From contig JBFLYH010000001.1 of NCBI GenBank assembly GCA_040756875.1, positions 256,001-320,000 on the forward strand: a DNA stretch of 64,000 bases. The letters run 5' to 3'. This document shows, piece by piece, positions 18,216-26,613 of this stretch. The notes under the pieces were generated by a model. It did not search any database and was not told where the DNA came from. It saw nothing but the letters and a program-made list of their open reading frames with translations. Numbering within the stretch: the stretch's first letter is position 1; every line of letters begins with the position of its first letter. The DNA comes from a candidate division FCPU426 bacterium (GTDB lineage Bacteria; Oederibacteriota; JAAXVQ01; JAUVAV01). Made by a program: the position numbers and the translations under genes.

Positions 18216-20111
18216 TTGCCTTTGCCGAGCCAATCACCGAAACCGGTTCCGAAAACCGGGCTGGCCGACATTGTCGCGGACTGGCTGTGGGTGAAACTGC
18301 GCGAGTGGGTGGAGCAGGGAATCATCCGGCCGGACCAAAAACAGGCCATCGAAGATTTGTATATTTGGCCGCCCCGCCTCATCAAACAGACTCCGGCCAA
18401 ACCCGTTAATCTTATACTCGCCCTGGAAATCATCGGCGCCCTGCTGATCGGCATCGGCCTCATGACCTTCATTGCCTTCAACTGGCCTCATTTGCCCAGC
18501 CCGGTCAAATTGGGTCTGGTTCTGTTTCTGATCGCGGCCATCCACCTGACTGCCTATGGGCTGGTTTACCATTCGCGCTACCACCTGGCCGGACAAGCCG
18601 TGGCGTTTCTCGGCAATTTGACGTACGGCGGCGGGATCTGGCTGGTGGCGCAGATCTATCATTTGCCCGCCTCTTTTCCCAAAGGCATGCTGATCTGGGC
18701 GGCCGGCGTGCTGCCCATGGCCTTGGTGTTTAAATCGAAGCTCAGTTTCTTCCTGTCCGTCGGCCTGTTCCTGGCTTGGACGCTGGCCCTGTCAATGGGG
18801 TATCAACTTCCCCAACCCGTGTTTCTGGCGGTGTTGCTGGGCTTGCTGGTTCCGGGAGCCTATTATCTTCGTTCGCGGATCGGGCTTGCCGTCTGCCTGG
18901 CAGTGGGCGGGCTCTGGCTGTACCTGAATTTATTTCTGTGGGCCGACCTCCGGGTCTCGGCTTTTCTGCTGGTCCCGCTGGCCTTGTACGGCCTGGTTTT
19001 GCTGGTTGTGTCCAATGTGCACGCCGGCAAAGCCCGCTTGCAATCGTATGCGCCGGTTTATCGCCTGGTCGGAGCCGTCATTCTGGCTGCTTTAATCGTG
19101 AGCCAGCCGTTTTACGGCATCTGGTCCGTCCAGCACGCCCGGATGGAATTGGCCGCCCTGCCCTGGGCGTTCTGGCTGTGGTGCGGCCTGCTCCTGGCCG
19201 GCGGAATCATCCTGGTTTTTATCCCCCGCTGGAAAGCCGATGACCCCTCCAGCCGGTTGACCCGGGCCTGGCTGCCTTATCTCGCGGCCGCCTCGCTCTA
19301 TTGGCTGGCGCTGCCGCTGATTAAAATATCGGTCCTGCCCTCGCTGCTGGGGATGTCCGCGGCCGTGCTCGGCCATTGGCTGGCCACGCGTTCCCGGAGC
19401 CTGATCCAGGCCGCCATTGTCATCAGCCTGGCCTGGCTGGGCAGCTTGAATTTGGAATGGGAATTGACGTGGTGGTTCATGGCCCTGCTGATTTTATGCG
19501 GCGCGGCGCTGTATTTGTACGGCTGGGACCTGCGCCGGCCGCCGGCCAAGGAACTCGGCCTGGTTTTTCAATTGCTCGGCTTGTGCCTGAGCCTCGGGCC
19601 GCTTTTTCTGCTGACCTTCCATTCCATCAACCAAAAAATACTCGTCGCCATCCTCCCCTTGCCGGTCCATCCGGATTACTGGATTTTAGCCGGGCTGCTG
19701 GGCGCCGCGTGGCTGGCTGGCTGCCGGTTGATCTTTGCTTACGCCCATCCCAAAGCCCCCCACGGGCTTCTGGCTGAAGAGCGGGTGCTGGCCGTGCTCC
19801 TGGGCCTGTCGCCCTTTGCCGTCACGGCGGCGCGATACGCCGGGCCGCCGGACAACTGGTTCACTTTTGCCCTGAACGCCGCATTCTTTTTCGTTTCGGT
19901 GATGTTCCTGATCACAGGCTACCGCCGGCGGGAGCCGCACCTGAAAGCCCTGGGCTTCGGGTTGATCTCCCTCCTGGTGGCGTTCCGCTTTTTCGAAATG
20001 GACTGGAGCCTGTTGTATAAATCGATCCTGCTCGTCTTCAGCGGCATCATCATCATGGCCACGGGTATCCTGTTCGAAAAAAACAAGGAAAAGGTGGCGG
20101 TCCTTGACTAG
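18216..20111 (+). CDS. DUF2157 domain polytopic membrane protein
   Basis: WVEQGII, IGALLIGIG..FIAFNW, GGIWLVAQIYH; start approximate (TTG 18216 or 18222). Confidence 0.85.
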   Translation: MPLPSQSPKPVPKTGLADIVADWLWVKLREWVEQGIIRPDQKQAIEDLYIWPPRLIKQTPAKPVNLILALEIIGALLIGIGLMTFIAFNWPHLPSPVKLGLVLFLIAAIHLTAYGLVYHSRYHLAGQAVAFLGNLTYGGGIWLVAQIYHLPASFPKGMLIWAAGVLPMALVFKSKLSFFLSVGLFLAWTLALSMGYQLPQPVFLAVLLGLLVPGAYYLRSRIGLAVCLAVGGLWLYLNLFLWADLRVSAFLLVPLALYGLVLLVVSNVHAGKARLQSYAPVYRLVGAVILAALIVSQPFYGIWSVQHARMELAALPWAFWLWCGLLLAGGIILVFIPRWKADDPSSRLTRAWLPYLAAASLYWLALPLIKISVLPSLLGMSAAVLGHWLATRSRSLIQAAIVISLAWLGSLNLEWELTWWFMALLILCGAALYLYGWDLRRPPAKELGLVFQLLGLCLSLGPLFLLTFHSINQKILVAILPLPVHPDYWILAGLLGAAWLAGCRLIFAYAHPKAPHGLLAEERVLAVLLGLSPFAVTAARYAGPPDNWFTFALNAAFFFVSVMFLITGYRRREPHLKALGFGLISLLVAFRFFEMDWSLLYKSILLVFSGIIIMATGILFEKNKEKVAVLD

Positions 20112-20664
20112 GCGCAACGCGGTCATCTTATCGCTGTTCGTCGCGGCCCTGGCGCTGCAACTGGGGATCCTCCTGGCGTTCCAGTTCAGCCGCCAATCCG
20201 CACTCGACCAGGGGCGACGGCTCGTGGTCAGGGCCGAACCTGTTGACCCGCGGGATCTCTTTCGCGGGGACTATGTGATCCTGCGCTACGGCTTCTCCCG
20301 GATCGACCGTGGCCAGGTCAAGGACGCCTTGGGCGAGACGGACCTCAGGGGCGCCAAGGTGTACGTGAAAATCAAGCAAGCCGCTCCGGATGCCGGCTGG
20401 ACGGCGGTGGACGTGCGCCGGCGGCCGTTCGAACGCCTGGCTCCGGACGAGGCCATGCTGGCGGGCAACATCACGGACCATTCGCCTGAAACGCTGAATG
20501 TCGCTTACGGCTGCGAGGATGTTTTCGTGCCCGAAGGTCAGGGCAAGCCGATCGAAAAAAACCTGCGCGAGCACAAAGTGACGGTCGAACTGTCCGTGAC
20601 CAGGCGCGGGGTGGCGCAGCCCGCCAAACTGTTTATCGACGGACAACCGGTTGAATTCAAATAA
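20104..20664 (+). CDS. GDYXXLXY domain protein
   Basis: PVDPRDLFRGDYVILRY, FVPEGQG; usual partner of DUF2157. Confidence 0.9.
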   Translation: MTRRNAVILSLFVAALALQLGILLAFQFSRQSALDQGRRLVVRAEPVDPRDLFRGDYVILRYGFSRIDRGQVKDALGETDLRGAKVYVKIKQAAPDAGWTAVDVRRRPFERLAPDEAMLAGNITDHSPETLNVAYGCEDVFVPEGQGKPIEKNLREHKVTVELSVTRRGVAQPAKLFIDGQPVEFK

Positions 20665-20714
20665 CCCTGGCCCTGCTTTGGGCCGGTAATAATTGTTCGG
20701 GAAAGGGACACCCC

Positions 20715-21326
20715 ATGTTCGTCCATACAAGACTCCTGCTGCTCATGCTGGCGCTGGCGGCACTGCCGCTCGCGGCTGCGGCCGAGGAAGCGGCGGTGGC
20801 TGACGCCGCTTCCACCCAAACCGAAGAGGCGCTGCCTGACGATGCGGCGGACGTCGACTTGGCGGAGCCGGAGGAGGCGGTCGCCGAGCCTGAACCCGAA
20901 GAACCCGCCCTGGCGGTTGCTGAGGAGCAGGAGTCGAAAGCCTGGGCGATTCTGGTCGGGTTTCTACAGGGCGGCGGGTCGCTGCTCGGTGCGGACGCCG
21001 AGGTCCTGATTTTCGATGGTCTGGCCGTGCAGGCGGGCGCCGGTTATTTGGGTTACGGCGCGGCGCTCAACTTCCATTTCGAACCCACCCTGCACAGCAA
21101 CTACGTGTCCCTGGTCTACTGGCACCAGGGATTCGATCAGGACCTCAGCCAGCAAGCTGTAGGCCTGGCTTACGGCTTCAGGGCTTTTGATTGGCTGACC
21201 GGCCAGATCGGACTCGGGTATGTGCTGGCGCGGGGTGAAACCGCCGCGGAAAATTTACGGACCGCCTATCACACGGGTACATTGCCGCAATTGATGCTGC
21301 TGTACAGCATTGGCGGGTATTTTTAA
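20715..21326 (+). CDS. Exported protein, probable small outer-membrane beta-barrel with acidic N-terminal linker
   Basis: Signal peptide, Glu/Ala-rich stretch, alternating Gly/aromatic strands, terminal YF. Confidence 0.55.
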   Translation: MFVHTRLLLLMLALAALPLAAAAEEAAVADAASTQTEEALPDDAADVDLAEPEEAVAEPEPEEPALAVAEEQESKAWAILVGFLQGGGSLLGADAEVLIFDGLAVQAGAGYLGYGAALNFHFEPTLHSNYVSLVYWHQGFDQDLSQQAVGLAYGFRAFDWLTGQIGLGYVLARGETAAENLRTAYHTGTLPQLMLLYSIGGYF

Positions 21327-21528
21327 TTTTTTGTTGAAGTCCGGCGGCTTGGGGCTGGGGTCTAAGAAGCGGCTCCTTCCAATGTGTGAACAGGCGGGTT
21401 GTTGCTTTTGCATGGCGTGCATGCCGCAAGGTGGTGGTGGGATGGAGAGCGTTTCAGGCAGTCGCCGTTTGAGCGCAGGGCCCAAGCCGAGGCTGGCGGG
21501 GATAAAACTTTAGGATAAAGGAGTCCAT

Positions 21529-22329
21529 ATGAAATGGCGTTTGGTGGTGGGCACGGCAATGGCGATGGTGTTTGCAGCCAATATGGTTTTTGCCAACTCG
21601 GCTTCCTTCAAAGGCTATGCCTTTGAAGCGTATGTCGTCAAATCCAACGGCAAAAGGTACACGGAATTCAAGGACAACAACCAAGCCACCCTTAAAGTGA
21701 AGCCCAAGGAAGAGTACTCCATCGTAGTTCGCAACCCCTTGCCTGTGCGGGTCGGGGTCGCGGTTTCCATCGACGGCCTTAATTCCATCGACGGCAAGCG
21801 CACCTCCCCCCGCAATGCCAAGAAATGGATCATCGAACCCAATTCCTCGATCACGGTTTCCGGCTGGCAGACCAGCAGCCAGACCCTGCGCAAATTCCTC
21901 TTCACTGAAGACACCGCGGCTTACGCCCAGTGGAAGGAAAAAAAAGAAGGCAAGCCTTACACCCGCAACCTGGGAGTGATCGGCGTGGCCTGGTTCTGGA
22001 ACAGCCATGAACTGGACATGGCCCTGCACCCGCCCCAGCCGTTTGAGGAAGAGAAGTATGCGCGCGACGGCGTGCGTTCGCGGGCCGAGATGAAAGCCTC
22101 GTCTGCAGCGCCCAGCGCCGCCAGTGCCGAACGCCGGGCCGGCACGGGCATGGGCGACCAGCGGCAGCACGCGGTCACGGAAGTGGAATTCAATCCCGAC
22201 GCGGGGATGTTCTCGGTCAGGGACGTGCTGAAAATTTATTACGAATTCGCCTCCGAGCCGCCGGAGCCCATGCCCTTTGTGGACGACGACGACGAGGACG
22301 GCCGGTTTACGCCGGATATGTATAAATAA
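21529..22329 (+). CDS. Exported conserved hypothetical protein
   Basis: AAGGAG RBS, signal peptide; YSIVVRN..SIDGLN..GW..F.F..NLGVIGVA pattern of an uncharacterised family. Confidence 0.75.
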   Translation: MKWRLVVGTAMAMVFAANMVFANSASFKGYAFEAYVVKSNGKRYTEFKDNNQATLKVKPKEEYSIVVRNPLPVRVGVAVSIDGLNSIDGKRTSPRNAKKWIIEPNSSITVSGWQTSSQTLRKFLFTEDTAAYAQWKEKKEGKPYTRNLGVIGVAWFWNSHELDMALHPPQPFEEEKYARDGVRSRAEMKASSAAPSAASAERRAGTGMGDQRQHAVTEVEFNPDAGMFSVRDVLKIYYEFASEPPEPMPFVDDDDEDGRFTPDMYK

Positions 22330-22354
22330 ATATAGCGAAGAATCCCTATTCGTC

Positions 22355-22390
22355 AATCGTAGGGGCGTTCAATTGAACGCCCCTACGATT
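22355..22390. repeat. GTAG-type REP palindrome, copy 1
   Basis: Perfect 36-bp palindrome AATCGTAGGGGCGTTCAATTGAACGCCCCTACGATT followed by T run. Confidence 0.9.
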
Positions 22391-22413
22391 TTTCCTGAAG
22401 GATTTATACCCAT

Positions 22414-23001
22414 ATGATGAATTCCTTTCCGCATCCCCAGCCTGTCTTGCAAACGCAGCGTTTGTCTCTGCGGCCTTTCCGCCTGGAAGACGCGGCCGAC
22501 GTGCGCCGCCTGGCCAATGAACGCGACGTGGCGGCCATGACCTACCGCCTGCCGCATCCCTATCCCGCAGGCCTAGCCGAGGAATGGATCCGCGGCCAGG
22601 AACCGGCGTATCGCGAAGGCCGGGAAACGGTGTTCGCGCTGACTTTGCGGGACAACGGCGGTCTGATCGGCAGCATGGGCTTGATGGTTAAAGCCGAGCA
22701 TGAACGGGCCGAAGTGGGATACTGGCTGGGCAAACCCTATTGGGGGAAAGGGTTTGCCACCGAGGCGCTGGAGGCGGTTCTGGAATACGGGTTTGGCACC
22801 TTGGGGCTGCGGCGCATTTTCGGCCAGCTTTTCGCCCCCAACCAGGCTTCGGCCCGGGTCATGGAAAAAGCCGGCATGATATATGAAGGCCGCTTGCGCC
22901 AGCACGTGAACAAATGGGGCGAATACCAGGACCTGCGGATCTACGCCATGCTGGCGGACGATCCGCGGCCGTGGAATAAACGGGCAGGCGAAAAAAAGTG
23001 A
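22414..23001 (+). CDS. GNAT N-acetyltransferase, RimJ/RimL family
   Basis: LQTQRLSLRPF, AEVGYWLGKPYWGKGFATEA, NQASARVMEKAGM. Confidence 0.9.
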   Translation: MMNSFPHPQPVLQTQRLSLRPFRLEDAADVRRLANERDVAAMTYRLPHPYPAGLAEEWIRGQEPAYREGRETVFALTLRDNGGLIGSMGLMVKAEHERAEVGYWLGKPYWGKGFATEALEAVLEYGFGTLGLRRIFGQLFAPNQASARVMEKAGMIYEGRLRQHVNKWGEYQDLRIYAMLADDPRPWNKRAGEKK

Positions 23002-23048
23002 AACCATCCGGCGGGTGCGGGGTTATATTTCCCAGGAGGTGAATCAAT

Positions 23049-23837
23049 ATGAAAAAGGTCTGGTTGCTGGCAGGAGTGATGGTAAGCGCGTTGGTGCTGG
23101 GCGGGATGGCCCGGGCTGAACAGATGCAGGGGTCCACCATGCAGGAGGACCCGGGGCGCATGGAGCAGCCGGGCGCAGGGTATGAGCAAGAGGGCGTCAT
23201 GGGCGCTTCGGCCGGGCCGGAGCAGGCCATGCAGGGCTATGAGGAAGAGGACGCGGCCGGGGCGGTGACCGCCGCTTCGGCGCAGCCGGGTTCCAAATCC
23301 TCGGCGCCGGGCAGGGGATATATATGGGTTAAACCCTACCGCCTGCCAAGCGGCCTGTGGGTGTCGGGATTCTGGCGTCCGCGGGTGATGGCGGGATTCA
23401 CCTGGGTGAATGGCACATGGGATGCCAAATTGAACATTTACCTCGGCGGTTTTTGGCGGCCCATGCGGCCCAAGCCCGGTTATGTGTGGGTGCCTGGCTA
23501 CTGGCTGGGAGGCCGGTGGTATTCCGGGTTATGGCGGGCGGCTTCGAGAAAAGGTTTTATTTGGACGCCCGGCCATTGGAACCGCAACGGCGAGTGGATA
23601 TCCCCCCACTGGAAACCCGCCGGATCGGCGCCCAGCGGACAGGTTTGGGTTCCGGGATACTGGTCGCCCCAAGGCGCCTGGGTGGCGGGATTCTGGCGGC
23701 CCACCGCGCGTCCGGGTGCTGTCTGGGTGGCAGGTTACCACTCCCGTCGCGGCGTGTGGGTGCCCGGCCACTGGCGCTCCGCGCCTCCGGCACCACCGCG
23801 GTTCGAGCGCGGCCGGGGCAGGGGTCACAGGCGGTAG
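23049..23837 (+). CDS. Exported YXWGXW (WxxGxW) repeat protein
   Basis: AGGAGG RBS, signal ARA, about 12 WVPGYW-like units. Confidence 0.85.
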   Translation: MKKVWLLAGVMVSALVLGGMARAEQMQGSTMQEDPGRMEQPGAGYEQEGVMGASAGPEQAMQGYEEEDAAGAVTAASAQPGSKSSAPGRGYIWVKPYRLPSGLWVSGFWRPRVMAGFTWVNGTWDAKLNIYLGGFWRPMRPKPGYVWVPGYWLGGRWYSGLWRAASRKGFIWTPGHWNRNGEWISPHWKPAGSAPSGQVWVPGYWSPQGAWVAGFWRPTARPGAVWVAGYHSRRGVWVPGHWRSAPPAPPRFERGRGRGHRR

Positions 23838-23862
23838 ATCTATCAATCAATGGGTCTTGCGC

Positions 23863-23897
23863 ATAGGGGCGTTCACACGAACGCCCCTATTTTTTTT
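23863..23897. repeat. REP palindrome copy 2 (variant), probable terminator between convergent genes
   Basis: ATAGGGGCGTTC-ACAC-GAACGCCCCTAT followed by T run; overlaps the TAG of the minus-strand gene. Confidence 0.85.
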
Positions 23898-24615
23898 CTT
23901 CCGGAAGCGGCAGTTGGTAATCGGAGTACTTTTCGTCCACCTGCACGTGCAGGTCCGCCAGGGTGAAGATGAACGCCACCTTGATGTGAAGCTCCAGGTG
24001 GAAAGCCGACGGCAGCCACCAGCCCTGCATAGGCCGGTAGTCCATGGCCGCCTGCATGGCCTGCAGCCCCGCGGGCAGGCGCGAGGGCGTGAAAGACAGA
24101 AACGCCAAGTCGTAGGTTTCCGGCAGCACATACCCGAAGCCCCGGACCAGCTTGCTGTCCGGAACCAGCGGTTCGAAATCCACCTTGATGACTCTGCGGC
24201 CCGCATATTCAGCCTCGCCCCCATCCGAAAAGCGGTATTTGGACATTTCGCTGGGCACGAAAGGCGACTCGCCGCGCTCGCTTTTCATGCGCGCCAATTC
24301 GGCCGCGCGTTCCTTGTCGTCCAGTTCCTTCCCGTTGATGGACATGAAGGTGTATTCCTGCTGGTACTGGTCGGGCTGGGTGAAACGCACCTGGCGCACG
24401 CTGATCACGGTTTTTTCCAGTTTGCCGTCCGCGGACAGCTGGCGGGATTCGGATTCGGCGGTATAGGCTGCGCTGGGCAGCGCCCGTTCCAAGGCCTCGG
24501 CGCGGCTGCGGATGCCGGCCAGGGCCTGGTCCCAGTCCGGGGTTTGGGCCCGGACCGCCGGGGCGATGAGCAGAAGGACAGCCAAACATGGGAAAGCGGA
24601 TTTGCATGAAGGCAT
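23887..24615 (-). CDS. Exported hypothetical protein (possible LolA/RseB-like fold)
   Basis: Signal VRA; YRFSDGGEAEYAGRRVIKVDFEP and terminal YSDY. Confidence 0.6.
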   Translation of the reverse strand: MPSCKSAFPCLAVLLLIAPAVRAQTPDWDQALAGIRSRAEALERALPSAAYTAESESRQLSADGKLEKTVISVRQVRFTQPDQYQQEYTFMSINGKELDDKERAAELARMKSERGESPFVPSEMSKYRFSDGGEAEYAGRRVIKVDFEPLVPDSKLVRGFGYVLPETYDLAFLSFTPSRLPAGLQAMQAAMDYRPMQGWWLPSAFHLELHIKVAFIFTLADLHVQVDEKYSDYQLPLPEEKK

Positions 24616-24852
24616 GGTGGAAGCTCCTGAGTGTGGCATTGGGGCGTATCTTACCAGCCGGCCGGCCGGCAGCCCATCGTTTTTTCACACCGTCATCCGG
24701 ATTGGACCCCGCTTCCCGAAAAATTATTGAATATTTCGGTTGTGCCATTTTCGATATCGCGGTACAACTGAAAACGTTCGTTTGAGGACAGCGAGACCGG
24801 GTCCTTCTCCGGATTTCGTATGGGGGAATAGCTTAGAGAGGAGATCGCGTGC

Positions 24853-26613
24853 ATGCTGGAAAGTGAACGATTGCGATTGAGCAAGGAAATCGAGGATCTC
24901 GCCGCCCACTACCATTACCAGCGCCAGGGCCTGCTGCCCATCCTGCAGGCCATCAAGTCCAAACACCATCATCTCAGCGATTTCGCGCTCCAGGAAGTCG
25001 CGCGCCTGCTTTCCATCCATCCGGTGGAAGTCTACGGCGTGGTCAGCTTTTATTCCTTTCTCTCCACCAGCCAGCAGGGGAATTTCGTGATCCGCCTGTG
25101 CCGGACCATATCCTGCGATTTAGCCGGCAAGGACGCGGTGGCCCGGCAGCTCGAAAACGAACTGGGGATCAAATTCGGGGAAACCACGCCCGACGGCCGC
25201 TTTTCGCTGTTCTGGGCCAATTGCCTGGGCATGTGCGACCAGGGGCCGGCCTTGCTGGTCAATGACTATGTCTTCACGCGCGTCACGGCCGAACGGGTGT
25301 TCGACATTCTGGAGGCCTGCCGGCGCAGTTTCGGGGTCTTTGCCCTGGAAGGCAGCAACATCATCAAAAGCGAAGCGGCGGTGCAATCCAACTTGAAAAC
25401 CGGCGTTTCCGTGGAATCGGGCGTGCTGTCCACAGAAAGCCTGAACCAGGGGCTCAAGAACGCCCTCGCCGGCGCGCCGGAAAAAGTGATCCAGATCATC
25501 AAGGAGTCCGGGCTCAAGGGCCGGGGCGGCGCCGGTTTTCCCACGCACGTCAAGTGGGAGTTGGCCGCGAACAGCCGTTCTGATAATAAATATGTAGTGT
25601 GCAACGCGGACGAAGGCGAACCCGGCACCTTCAAGGACCGGATGCTGATTTCCGATTATCCGGACCTGATGCTCGAGGGCATGACCATCGCCGGATACGC
25701 CCTGGGCGCCAAACAGGGGCTGGTTTATCTGCGGGGGGAATACTCCTACCTCAGAAAGTCGCTGCAGAAGGCGATCGACGCGCGCCGGGCGAAGAACCTG
25801 CTGGGCCAGGACATCCTGGGCAAAAAGGGATTCTCGTTCGACGTGGAGATCCGTCTGGGGTCGGGCGCCTACGTCTGCGGCGAAGAGACGGCCCTGATCG
25901 AGTCCCTGGAAGGGCAGCGGGGCGAGCCGCGTAACCGGCCGCCTTTTCCCGTCAACACCGGGTACAACGCCAATCCCACCATCGTGAACAACGTCGAGAC
26001 CTTCACCATGGCCACCCACATTCTGGCCAAGGGTCCGGCTTGGATGAAGCAGCAGGGCACCAAGGTCTCGACCGGGACCAAGCTGTTTTCCGTGTCGGGT
26101 TACTGCCAGCATCCGGGCATCTACGAATTCCCCTACGGCGTGACCATTGCGGAGCTGCTGCGCAAGGTCGGCGGCGAGGGCGCCAAAGCCGTGCAGGTCG
26201 GCGGGGCGGCCGGCCACTGCGTGCCGCGTTCCCAATTCGACCGCGTGATCGCCTTCGAGGACATTCCCACCGGCGGTTCGGTCATCGTCCTGGGGCCGGA
26301 AACCAGCATGCTCGAAGTGGTCAAGAATTTCCTCGAGTTTTTCAACGAGGAGAGCTGCGGCCAATGCACGCCCTGCCGCATCGGCAACGCCAAGCTGCTC
26401 GAAGGCGTGGAGATGCTGGAAAAAGGGGCTTGTTCCATCAAGTATCTGCGCGAGTTGCAGGACCTGGGGCGGAGCATGCGCCTGGCCAGCAAGTGCGGCC
26501 TGGGGCAGTCCTCGCCCAACGCTTTTCTAAGCATCACCGAACATTTCAAGGATGAGATTCTCGGCAAAGTGCACGCGCCAGCGGCCGCCGATAAAGGAGG
26601 AGCCCGCCTGTGA
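24853..26613 (+). CDS. NADH-dehydrogenase (diaphorase) subunit of [FeFe]-hydrogenase, NuoE-NuoF fusion
   Basis: NuoE CRTISC...CLGMC; NuoF GRGGAGFP, NADEGEPGTFKDR, GAYVCGEET, SCGQCTPCR...SKCGLG; GAGGAG RBS. Confidence 0.92.
   Translation: MLESERLRLSKEIEDLAAHYHYQRQGLLPILQAIKSKHHHLSDFALQEVARLLSIHPVEVYGVVSFYSFLSTSQQGNFVIRLCRTISCDLAGKDAVARQLENELGIKFGETTPDGRFSLFWANCLGMCDQGPALLVNDYVFTRVTAERVFDILEACRRSFGVFALEGSNIIKSEAAVQSNLKTGVSVESGVLSTESLNQGLKNALAGAPEKVIQIIKESGLKGRGGAGFPTHVKWELAANSRSDNKYVVCNADEGEPGTFKDRMLISDYPDLMLEGMTIAGYALGAKQGLVYLRGEYSYLRKSLQKAIDARRAKNLLGQDILGKKGFSFDVEIRLGSGAYVCGEETALIESLEGQRGEPRNRPPFPVNTGYNANPTIVNNVETFTMATHILAKGPAWMKQQGTKVSTGTKLFSVSGYCQHPGIYEFPYGVTIAELLRKVGGEGAKAVQVGGAAGHCVPRSQFDRVIAFEDIPTGGSVIVLGPETSMLEVVKNFLEFFNEESCGQCTPCRIGNAKLLEGVEMLEKGACSIKYLRELQDLGRSMRLASKCGLGQSSPNAFLSITEHFKDEILGKVHAPAAADKGGARL

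Noticed and set aside
17926-18294. 122-aa ORF in the divergent intergenic region
   Set aside because: TTG start without RBS, overlaps DUF2157 gene out of frame, no recognisable features
24740-24768. Rex operator upstream of the hydrogenase operon
   Set aside because: Only the TTGTG half-site matches; better read as a weak TTGTGC-N17-TACAAC promoter
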